DNA from: Candidatus Heimdallarchaeota archaeon
GTDB taxonomy: Archaea; Asgardarchaeota; Heimdallarchaeia; Heimdallarchaeales; Heimdallarchaeaceae
Direction: 5' to 3'
Assembly: GCA_030668825.1 (NCBI GenBank)
Contig: DAOVET010000025.1
Coordinates: 1 to 31,803, forward strand
DNA: 31,803 nucleotides
Shown: piece by piece, positions 17,558-26,197 of the stretch
How positions within the stretch are numbered: position 1 is the first letter of the stretch
Layout: every line of letters begins with the position of its first letter
Notes under the pieces: generated by a model
The model's input: only the letters and a program-made list of their open reading frames with translations
Told to the model about the DNA's origin: nothing
Databases searched by the model: none
Made by a program: the position numbers and the translations under genes

Positions 17558-19477
17558 TCATTCATAGGCTTCAATTAACTTCCGTACTTTTTCTATGAAC
17601 TCTAGAATTTTCACTCCAAATTCCACTTTGTTTCCACGAGATCTAACTGCAATAGTCTTAGCTTCACTCTCTTTGTCACCCACATTTAATATAAATGGAA
17701 TTTTTTTCAAAGTTGCTTGTCGAATTTTATATTCCATTCTTTCTCCAGAAAGGTCTGCTTCTGCCCTGATATCATCCTTGAGTAAATCTTCAACAACTTG
17801 TTTTGCATAATCAACATGTTGGTCAGTAATAGGTATAACTATTACTTGAACTGGACTTAACCAAATAGGCATTTTTCCTGAGTAATTTTCTACTAAAATT
17901 GCAAGGAATCGTTCTATTGCTCCATAGATAACTCGATGAATTACATACGGTGTATGTTTTTGACCATCTTCACCGAGATAATTGATATTGAATCTATCTG
18001 GAAGGTTGAAATCAACTTGAATAGTTGAAAGTTGCCATTTACGACCTAGTGCATCTTTTACATCAACATCAATCTTGGGTCCATAGAAAACACCTTCCCC
18101 TTCTTTTATTTTGTAAGTTAGATTTGCTCTTTCCAGTGCTTTCATTAGAGCTTTTGTAGCATGTTCCCAACCTTCATCAGTTCCAATTGCTTTATCTGGT
18201 CTAGTGCTAATAAAATACTCCCATTCTTGAAAACCAAAGGTTTTGTAAAAATGTTCAACAATCTCAATAACTTTGACAATTTCATCCTCTAGTTGATCAG
18301 GGAGCATAAAGATATGGGCATCATCTTGAGTAAAACTTCTAATTCGGAAAAGACCATGTAATGTTCCTGAAAGCTCATTTCTGTATACAGTGCCCATCTC
18401 TCCAATCCTTACAGGTAGTTCTCGATATGAATAAGCTCTTCGATTATAAATCATCATATGTCCAGGACAGTTCATTGGTTTAATGTACCATTTCTCTCCT
18501 TTCAGATCTACAGGAAACATATTTTCTATAAAGTACTCAGTATGCCCACTGGTTTGCCACACAATTTCCTTGAAAACATGAGGCGTCTGTACTAATTCAT
18601 AACCTGCTTTTCTGTGTTCTTTCTTCCAAAAATCTTTCAGAACATCTAAAATAATAGCACCCTTAGGATAGATTAATGGCATTCCTGGCCCCCATTCATC
18701 AGCAGTATCAAACAAATCTAATTGCGGTCCAATTATCCTATGATCTCTCTTCTTCGCCTCTTCCATCATAGCCAGATGCTTTTTTAGTTGTTTTTCAGTA
18801 CTAAAAGCTACACCATAAACTCTTTGGAGTGATTCTTTGTTAGGATCAGCTCTCCAAAAGGCTGAAGAAGCGCTAAGAATCTTTATTGCTTTTATTTTTC
18901 CAGTATATGGAACATGTGGTCCTCGACATAAATCTTTGAAGTTACCTTCTCCATGAGAATAGAATGACACATTATCAGTTTCTGTTTCTTTCAAAATTTC
19001 TACTTTGAATTTGTTTTTGTCAACTTTCTCATAGTATTTTATTGCATCCGCAAGAGACATTTCTTCTCTATCAAATTCAGAGTTTTCCTGAATAACTTCT
19101 TCGACTCTCTTCTGGATTTTATCTATATCCTCCTGAGTAAATGGATTTTCCACAAAGAAATCATAATAAAATCCTACAGGATCGATACTAGGTCCAATAG
19201 TTGGTTTAGCGTTTGGAAATAGGTCCACAACTGCTCCTGCCATAACATGTGCTGCACTGTGATTAAGAACATGTAATGATTCTTCTGATTTTTTTGTTAG
19301 TATCTCAAGTTTAACATCTGAGTTTATTGCATAGTGCAAATCAACTAAATTTCCGTCAACTTTTCCAGCTAAAGCAGCTTCAGCTAATCGTGGTCCAATT
19401 TGCTTTGCAACATCTAATACAGTTTTTCCTTTTGAAATTTCCAGTATACTACCATCTGGTAACTCTATATTGACCAT
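17558..19477 (-). CDS. thrS: Threonine--tRNA ligase, bacterial/eukaryotic architecture (TGS + N2 editing domain)
   Basis: TGS (IELPDGS), HSAAHVMA, DLCRGPHV, RDHR, KPMNCPGH, YRNELSG, FTQDDAHIF, FYGPKID and PIWLSPVQV; GGTGA RBS upstream. Confidence 0.97.
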   Translation of the reverse strand: MVNIELPDGSILEISKGKTVLDVAKQIGPRLAEAALAGKVDGNLVDLHYAINSDVKLEILTKKSEESLHVLNHSAAHVMAGAVVDLFPNAKPTIGPSIDPVGFYYDFFVENPFTQEDIDKIQKRVEEVIQENSEFDREEMSLADAIKYYEKVDKNKFKVEILKETETDNVSFYSHGEGNFKDLCRGPHVPYTGKIKAIKILSASSAFWRADPNKESLQRVYGVAFSTEKQLKKHLAMMEEAKKRDHRIIGPQLDLFDTADEWGPGMPLIYPKGAIILDVLKDFWKKEHRKAGYELVQTPHVFKEIVWQTSGHTEYFIENMFPVDLKGEKWYIKPMNCPGHMMIYNRRAYSYRELPVRIGEMGTVYRNELSGTLHGLFRIRSFTQDDAHIFMLPDQLEDEIVKVIEIVEHFYKTFGFQEWEYFISTRPDKAIGTDEGWEHATKALMKALERANLTYKIKEGEGVFYGPKIDVDVKDALGRKWQLSTIQVDFNLPDRFNINYLGEDGQKHTPYVIHRVIYGAIERFLAILVENYSGKMPIWLSPVQVIVIPITDQHVDYAKQVVEDLLKDDIRAEADLSGERMEYKIRQATLKKIPFILNVGDKESEAKTIAVRSRGNKVEFGVKILEFIEKVRKLIEAYE

Positions 19478-19703
19478 ATTATCACCTGTAAAATATTATT
19501 CATTTTGCTCAAGAGGACTATTTTTCTTCTTAACAGTAGTGATATTAAAAAACCGCTATTTAATTGTTTCATATTCACCTAACATTGTCCTCAAATAATT
19601 TGAGCTCAGAACATTTAAAAGATTTTTCAATCTTCATAATTCTCTCTTTAAACTCCAATAAAGTTATTTAAACTAGTTCAACGATACATATTTACGGATT
19701 ATT

Positions 19704-20270
19704 ATGACTAAAATCAATATTGGAAATAAAGGTTTCACCTATCCAATGCCCATGACTATAGTAGGAGCACATGTAGATAAAAAACCGAATTTCATGGCAG
19801 TTGGTTGGGTAACTAGAGTTAATTATCATCCACCTATTATTGCAATAGCTATAAATAAGAACCATTATACGAATAAGGGGATTATAGAAAGCAAAGCGTT
19901 TAGTGTAAACATTCCAAATGTAGAAATGATTGAGGAAACAGATTATATAGGGATTGTATCTGGAAAAAAAATTGACAAATCAGATATTTTTGATTTGTTT
20001 TATGGAGAATTGAACACACCAATGATTAAGAAGTGCCCTCTTAATATTGAATGCAGTTTGCGAGAAGTAGTGAATCTTCCAACAAATCAAATATTTCTAG
20101 GAGACATTGTAGCTGTTTATATTGAAGAGAAGTATTTAACCGATGAAAAACCAGATATTAAAAAACTAAATCCGTTCACATTGACAATGCCAGATAATAA
20201 TTTTTGGTCAGTAGGAAGCCATTTAGGAAAAGCTTGGGAAATAGGAAAGAAGATAAAAGAAAGGAACTAA
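19704..20270 (+). CDS. Flavin reductase / flavoredoxin family protein
   Basis: Motifs YPMPMTIVGA, PNFMAVGW, FSVNIP, GIVSGKKIDKS and PMIKKCPLNIEC. Confidence 0.88.
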   Translation: MTKINIGNKGFTYPMPMTIVGAHVDKKPNFMAVGWVTRVNYHPPIIAIAINKNHYTNKGIIESKAFSVNIPNVEMIEETDYIGIVSGKKIDKSDIFDLFYGELNTPMIKKCPLNIECSLREVVNLPTNQIFLGDIVAVYIEEKYLTDEKPDIKKLNPFTLTMPDNNFWSVGSHLGKAWEIGKKIKERN

Positions 20271-20317
20271 AAATAGAGCATTCTTTGATTTTCTCAATAT
20301 CATGAAATAGTAGAGAT

Positions 20318-21307
20318 TTATTCCACAAAACTATATTGTTGAATTTTAGGGCTTTTTTGTTGAATCATTTTTGTTAGAAGGTCTTCACCTTCTGCTTTAA
20401 TAACTCTTACAGGAATTTTAGGAAACTTACTATGGTTTGAAATAACTTTAGTGTCCATAGATATTGCTGCTTTAATATCGTCTAGTAGGGCTCTTAATGC
20501 AGCTTGAGTGCCCACATTTTTTGACCCCGCACATAAAATTATCACTTTAGATTTATCCCAGGGATTCGGTAAAAGAGCAAGTAAACCTGAAAGTAATCCT
20601 ACAGGTGATTCTTCACTGTAAGTAATATCTGTTAATTTACTATAGATATTCTTACTTGAGGGGGTTAGAAATTTCACAGGCAAACTGTTACCATAAAGTT
20701 CCATAATTTCAGAAGTAATTCTATTTACGGCACCCGAACCTATTACCAACATATTTTCATTCTTTGCATATCCTGCTTGATAGTCCAGCAAAGAATCAAT
20801 TAAAATATTTTCAAGAGGTATTTTCTTGTTTCTGTAAGCCCAATAAGATAGTGTTTGAGATATTTCAGGAACATTGAGTGCATCAATAGTATTTGCAGCT
20901 TCAGTCATCCAAGAGCCTAAAACAATAGCTAATTGAAGTGAATTTCCAGCAGTTAAGCATTCAGGAAAATCTTCCCATGTATATTTAAATTCTAAAGTCA
21001 ATATTGATGGTCTTTCAAGATCCTTATACTCTTGCAACAGATTTCTAAAATAATCACCTGAAATGAGTTCATGGTTTGGAGAATAGAATACTCTGTTTGA
21101 GTCCCCAAATTTGACCTCTCTTCTTGTTATTAGGTTTAATTCGGTTAATCTATCTAAGATATTATACAAAGTACTCCTGTTTTTTATAGGTAGGTTATCT
21201 AATAGTTCTGATGCAGATACTGCTTTTGAATAGGAGATAATCTGTGATAAAACCATTCTTCTGGAAGATTCAGATAAATAGTCTCTAATTTCCTCTTGTT
21301 CACCCAT
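20318..21307 (-). CDS. Winged-helix transcriptional regulator with C-terminal alpha/beta domain
   Basis: ArsR-like wHTH (VSASELL....RSTLYNILDRLTELNLI...RVFYS), followed by NMLVIGSGAVN, NPWDKSKVIILCAG and GTQAAL. Confidence 0.7.
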   Translation of the reverse strand: MGEQEEIRDYLSESSRRMVLSQIISYSKAVSASELLDNLPIKNRSTLYNILDRLTELNLITRREVKFGDSNRVFYSPNHELISGDYFRNLLQEYKDLERPSILTLEFKYTWEDFPECLTAGNSLQLAIVLGSWMTEAANTIDALNVPEISQTLSYWAYRNKKIPLENILIDSLLDYQAGYAKNENMLVIGSGAVNRITSEIMELYGNSLPVKFLTPSSKNIYSKLTDITYSEESPVGLLSGLLALLPNPWDKSKVIILCAGSKNVGTQAALRALLDDIKAAISMDTKVISNHSKFPKIPVRVIKAEGEDLLTKMIQQKSPKIQQYSFVE

Positions 21308-21416
21308 ACAATTGAAATATTAAAACAATCTATCTAAACATTGCTAAAGAATCTATGAAAATACAGTTGCTGTTACTAAATGTGAAAAATTAAAAAGATG
21401 TATTAAAATAGTATTC

Positions 21417-22562
21417 TTGAGTAAGATGAACATATCAGAAAGTGAAGTTATACCTATTTTAAAAAAATTAATACAAATAAAAACAGAAAATCCCCCAGGA
21501 AAAACAATAGAAGCTGCTAATTATCTAGTAGAAGAATTTCAAGAAGTCGGGATTCAAAGTCGAATCCAAGAATATTCTGAAGGAAAAGCTAACATCATTG
21601 CGGAATTTGGTGAAGGGAAAGATACTATCATCTTGGCAGGTCATTTAGATACTGTGCCTGTAGGCGATGAAAAAAAATGGAGATTTCCTCCTTTTGAAGC
21701 AAAAGAACATGAAGGAAGAATTTATGGCAGAGGATCTACAGATATGAAGGGGGCAGTTGCTGCATTTGTTGCTGTTATGAAGAAACTAAAAGAGAATCAA
21801 GTAAAACTTGATCAAAAAATCATCTTTCTTGGGACTGCTGACGAAGAAATAGGAATGGACGGTGCTTTAGTAGCAAAAAATAGTGGAATTATGGAGGGAT
21901 GTACTTTCCTTATAATTGGTGAGCCAACAGAATTACAGGTTGGAATAGCTGAGAAAGGGACTTTGTGGGTTAAAATTAAAGTAAAGGGAGAGTCTGCACA
22001 TGGTTCTACTCCTCATCTAGGAATTAATGCAATTGAGGCAGCAGCACGATTAATCCAAAAAATGAAGGAAATTACTCCTGATTATGAACACGAAATTCTC
22101 GGAAAATCAACTTTGAATATTGGAAAAATATCAGGTGGAACTCTAATCAATGTGGTTCCAGAATACTGTGAATTCAAGTGTGATTATAGATTAGTAGCTG
22201 ATAGTTTAAGAGAGAAAGTAAAAAGTGGATTAGAAAATTTGTTGGAAGCTTTCAATAGAAGCAATAAGGCAAAAGCTGAAATGGAAATCATTCATGAAAT
22301 TCCTGCAATTGAATTAACAGAAAAAGATCAATTTTTTGAAGCTATGAAGAAAAAAGCTATATCAGTAGGCAAGGAAAACATTATTGGAGTAAATTATGGA
22401 ACAGATGGAGCGATGCTAGTTCCCGAATATAATACACCTTTCGTAATTATGGGACCAGGGAAGTTTGATCAATTGCATGTAACTGATGAATATACTGAGA
22501 AACAAGAAGTAATCAATTATGCAAATATAATATATGAGGTTTTGATAGAAAATTTTGCGTAA
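21417..22562 (+). CDS. M20 metallopeptidase (ArgE/DapE family)
   Basis: Motifs GHLDTVP, GRGSTDMKG, DEEIG, IGEPT, AHGSTP, GTDG and HVTDEY. ATG at 21426 is an alternative start. Confidence 0.92.
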   Translation: MSKMNISESEVIPILKKLIQIKTENPPGKTIEAANYLVEEFQEVGIQSRIQEYSEGKANIIAEFGEGKDTIILAGHLDTVPVGDEKKWRFPPFEAKEHEGRIYGRGSTDMKGAVAAFVAVMKKLKENQVKLDQKIIFLGTADEEIGMDGALVAKNSGIMEGCTFLIIGEPTELQVGIAEKGTLWVKIKVKGESAHGSTPHLGINAIEAAARLIQKMKEITPDYEHEILGKSTLNIGKISGGTLINVVPEYCEFKCDYRLVADSLREKVKSGLENLLEAFNRSNKAKAEMEIIHEIPAIELTEKDQFFEAMKKKAISVGKENIIGVNYGTDGAMLVPEYNTPFVIMGPGKFDQLHVTDEYTEKQEVINYANIIYEVLIENFA

Positions 22563-22654
22563 AAGATCTTTCACACACTTCTTCATTTCTTTGGAAATGC
22601 AAAGGTTTTAATGAAACGCTAGCCTTATTTTTTTGAAGAAATTCAGGGGTTGAA

Positions 22655-23515
22655 ATGAACTCTAGTAATAGCGTTAGTGAAAATTTGAGGGAAAAGAGAG
22701 AAAGAAAAGAAGAAATAGCAAAAGCATTTAGAGAGGGGAATTATTCCTTAACTAAATCGGATTCCGAAATTATAAAAGGGGTGGAGGAAGCGGTTTTAGA
22801 ATGCTTGAATTATGGCTGGGAAATAGATTCAATTCTTGAAGATGATAAAATATCCCCTTATGAATTTGATCAAATATCTTCTCACTTAGAAAAACTTGGA
22901 GAAGTAACCAAGAAGCTTGAGCAAAACGATAATGAAAATACACGAGTTATTAACAAAATCCTATGTATTTTTGGTTGTATGAAGGAAATAATTCGGGAAG
23001 TTAAGTATACTGTGGATGTTAAAAGAACAATTCATGATATTCAGGAATTTATTGCAGTAAACGAAACAGGATATGTAGTTGAAGAAGACACATATTTGAA
23101 AAATCTCGAAGAGTTAGTTGATTGTTTAGAAGCAAAAAAACTAGATTCCAGCAGGCAGATATCAAAACTAGAAAGAGAAATTATTAAAGCTATCAAAACA
23201 ATAGGGTTGATTGAAAGGGAAATAACCTTGAATGTAATGTACATCAAACCGTCTTTTCTTATGAAAGAGATCATAGATTCTATCGAAATTCTAAGAGCTA
23301 CAATTGAACCCATATATATTCTAATTCACGGACATTATTTCAGAGAAGAGATAAAAAGTGCTAAAATTGGTATAAGTCTAATGTCGGAGGATAAGAGTCT
23401 TAATGTAGGGGAAGCAATAAAAATAAGGGGATTATTTAACAGAACTAAAGGAATAGATTCCCTTGAGAAACTAAATCGAACCATAAAATCTTTTGATTCT
23501 GAGGACTCTGACTGA
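22655..23515 (+). CDS. Hypothetical soluble alpha-helical protein
   Basis: 286-aa ORF, rich in E/K/I, fills the gap between co-oriented genes; no recognisable motif. Confidence 0.7.
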   Translation: MNSSNSVSENLREKRERKEEIAKAFREGNYSLTKSDSEIIKGVEEAVLECLNYGWEIDSILEDDKISPYEFDQISSHLEKLGEVTKKLEQNDNENTRVINKILCIFGCMKEIIREVKYTVDVKRTIHDIQEFIAVNETGYVVEEDTYLKNLEELVDCLEAKKLDSSRQISKLEREIIKAIKTIGLIEREITLNVMYIKPSFLMKEIIDSIEILRATIEPIYILIHGHYFREEIKSAKIGISLMSEDKSLNVGEAIKIRGLFNRTKGIDSLEKLNRTIKSFDSEDSD

Positions 23516-23559
23516 TTTTTTTAGAAAAAGATTTTTAACAAGAGTATAGATTTGAAATT

Positions 23560-25032
23560 ATGCAAGACTCTGCAGATAATATTGCTGATTTTGTTGCATA
23601 TGGGATTAAATGCTGCAACGAAAAGAGAGTGGAATATGCTGATGTTAAATATATGCACACTTTGATAGAAAATATTACCTTCAAGAATAAAACACTTGAT
23701 AGATTGGATCGAATTGATAAGAAAGGCATTGGCATCCGCTGTATTGTAAACAAAAGCTGGGGTTTTGCTAGTTCGAATGAACTAACTAGAGAAAAAATTA
23801 CTGATTTGGTTTCATTAGCCGTAAAAATTGCTAAGGCTTCATCCTTGGTAAAGAAATTTGATATTGTTCTTGCCGATGAACCTGTTTATGAAGATAAGGT
23901 TAAAACTCCAGTAAAGCGAGATCCTTTTGATGTAGAATTGAAAGACAAGATAGAAATACTTGAGGAAAGCTCAAGTAGAGCCAAGGATTATTCGGAAACA
24001 ATCAAAGTTGCATCAAGTCATTACGTTGGTAGAAAAGACAATATGGTACTCCACACAACAGAAGGATCAAAAATAGATCAAACAATAATTTGGTGCGGAG
24101 GAGGAGTAGCTTCTACTGCAGTTGAAGGAAGTGAATCTCAAACAAGAAGTCTTCCAGCCAGTTTTAGAGGAGACTTCCATACAGAAGGTTATGAATATTT
24201 TGAAGGATTAAATCTTGTAGATGTTTCAGAACAAACTGCGAAAGAAGCAATACAATTGCTGAATGCAAAGAAAATGCCAAGTGTTGAATCAACAATTATC
24301 CTGGGGCATTCACAATTAGCACTTCAAGTGCATGAGAGTTGTGGTCATCCTACTGAACTCGATAGAGCTATAGGGTATGAGGCAGCTTATGCTGGTACAA
24401 GTTTTCTTGTACCAGAACTCATCGGAACCAACTTCAAATATGGTAATGAATTAGTAACTATGGTAGCTGATGCAACTATACCTGGGAGTTTAGGTACTTT
24501 CTACTATGATCATGAGGGAGTAAAGGCACAACGCACAATTATGGTTGATAAAGGTGTTTTTGTTGACTTTATGTCTTCAAGAGAAACTGCTAAAGCAATT
24601 GGTCAAGATAGAAGTTCTGGTGCCGCCAGATCTATGGGATATGATCAAATACCGCTTGTACGTATGACTAATGTCAATCTAGAACCAGGAGATTGGGACT
24701 TTGATGAACTTATAGCAGATACAAAAAATGGTTATTTCTTAGATACCAATAGAAGCTGGAGTATTGATGATATAAGAATGAATTTCCAGTTCGGAACAGA
24801 AATAGGTTGGAGAATAGAAAACGGAGAAATGACAGAGATGATTAAGAATCCAACTTACGAAGGAATTACACCAGAATTCTGGGGAGGCGTCAGTGGAATA
24901 TGTAGTAAGAAGCACTGGAAGACATTTGGCACACCAAATTGTGGAAAAGGGGAACCTGGGCAAGCTGCCTACGTTGGTCATGGAATCGCTCCTACAAGAT
25001 TTGAAAAAGTTAGAATTGGAATTCTAAAATGA
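23560..25032 (+). CDS. tldD: TldD metalloprotease (catalytic subunit)
   Basis: HESCGHPTELDR (HExxxH), DHEGV, PLVRMTN, SWSIDD.R.NFQFG and NCGKGEPGQ. Confidence 0.93.
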   Translation: MQDSADNIADFVAYGIKCCNEKRVEYADVKYMHTLIENITFKNKTLDRLDRIDKKGIGIRCIVNKSWGFASSNELTREKITDLVSLAVKIAKASSLVKKFDIVLADEPVYEDKVKTPVKRDPFDVELKDKIEILEESSSRAKDYSETIKVASSHYVGRKDNMVLHTTEGSKIDQTIIWCGGGVASTAVEGSESQTRSLPASFRGDFHTEGYEYFEGLNLVDVSEQTAKEAIQLLNAKKMPSVESTIILGHSQLALQVHESCGHPTELDRAIGYEAAYAGTSFLVPELIGTNFKYGNELVTMVADATIPGSLGTFYYDHEGVKAQRTIMVDKGVFVDFMSSRETAKAIGQDRSSGAARSMGYDQIPLVRMTNVNLEPGDWDFDELIADTKNGYFLDTNRSWSIDDIRMNFQFGTEIGWRIENGEMTEMIKNPTYEGITPEFWGGVSGICSKKHWKTFGTPNCGKGEPGQAAYVGHGIAPTRFEKVRIGILK

Positions 25033-25051
25033 CAAATAGAATGGTAATAAT

Positions 25052-25950
25052 TTAGGAGAAATTTTCCTTTATGAAATCACCTATTTTTTCTAAAGCTTTT
25101 TTACTCTCAGGCATTAGATTACCGAAAATCTGAAAGACATGAGGCATACCAGGCCACAAATCTAATGTAACTTTAACATCGTTTTTTTCAGCCTTTTCTG
25201 CAAAGCGAGTTGAATCATCAAGTAGAATTTCAGCAGTACCAGTTGAATGAGTAGAGGAGGTAAACCCTTCAAATCTGCATAGAGAGGAGAAGCTAATGGA
25301 TGTTTACGGTCTATATCTTTCAAATATAACTCAGCAGATTGTTCTGCTTCATTTTCAGTAAGCATGATTTCAACATCTGCTTTTGTTTTAATTGAATCTC
25401 CTGTTAATGCTAAGTCAGTCCAAGGAGATAAGCCAATTGCACAAGCTGGGAGAGTTTTTTCTTCTTCACGCAGTTTAAGCAAAGTCGCAAATGCCAATCC
25501 CCCTCCTGCAGAGTCTCCTGCAATAGCTATTTTATTTGGTTTAATATTTTTATGCTCAACTAACCAAATATAAGCTGACACCGCATCTTCTAAAGCTGCT
25601 GGAAAGGGATTTTCTGGAGCAAGACGATAATCAATTGACAAGACGGGAGAACTTGATACTTTACCAATTCTAGCAGCGAGACTCCTATGGGTATTCAGAG
25701 ATCCAGCATTATATGATCCACCATGCAAATATAAAATTGCTCTATCTTCGATTTGGTCTTTCTGATGTAACCATTCAGCTGAAATTCCATTTATTTCCAG
25801 ACTTCGCACCTTCATTTTTCTTGGTTTCTTAAATAAAAACACATTATTCTCAAGATCTTTACGCTGTTTCTCAATATCTAAAACACCCTCTTCTTTCAGA
25901 GACATTAATTTCATTATTTTTATGAAAAATTTAGCTCTAAAACTGACCAT
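25052..25950 (-). pseudogene. HSL-family alpha/beta hydrolase (esterase) with a single -1 frameshift near 25243
   Basis: Motifs HGGSY, DYRLAPENPFPAALED and GDSAGG. After LPPLLIQ the conserved GTAEILLDDS...WPGMPHVFQ continues in another frame to a TAA ending at 25052. This may be a sequencing error. Confidence 0.85.
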
Positions 25951-26197
25951 AGAGTATGGTCTTTTTAGCTTATAAATAAAGAATTGGGATAAACGAAGTT
26001 TTTATCTTAATAATTCGAAGAATTTAGTGAATTTAATAATACATTTTAAACCTCTTATCTTGGGCTTATCTGTAAGAATAGTATTTACTGGGTTAACTTT
26101 ACCGAGACTATTAAAAATCTAACTTCCTTTTCTTTGAAATTTTGAAAAAGAGTACAATGCCCAAAAATTAAAAAGATTGTATCTTTTGTTTAAACTC

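Noticed and set aside
6052-26059. Shared intergenic 11-mers: AACCTCTTATC (about 6052 and 26049) and TTCACACACTT (16759 and 22570)
   Set aside because: Only two copies each; such matches are plausible by chance in AT-rich intergenic DNA.
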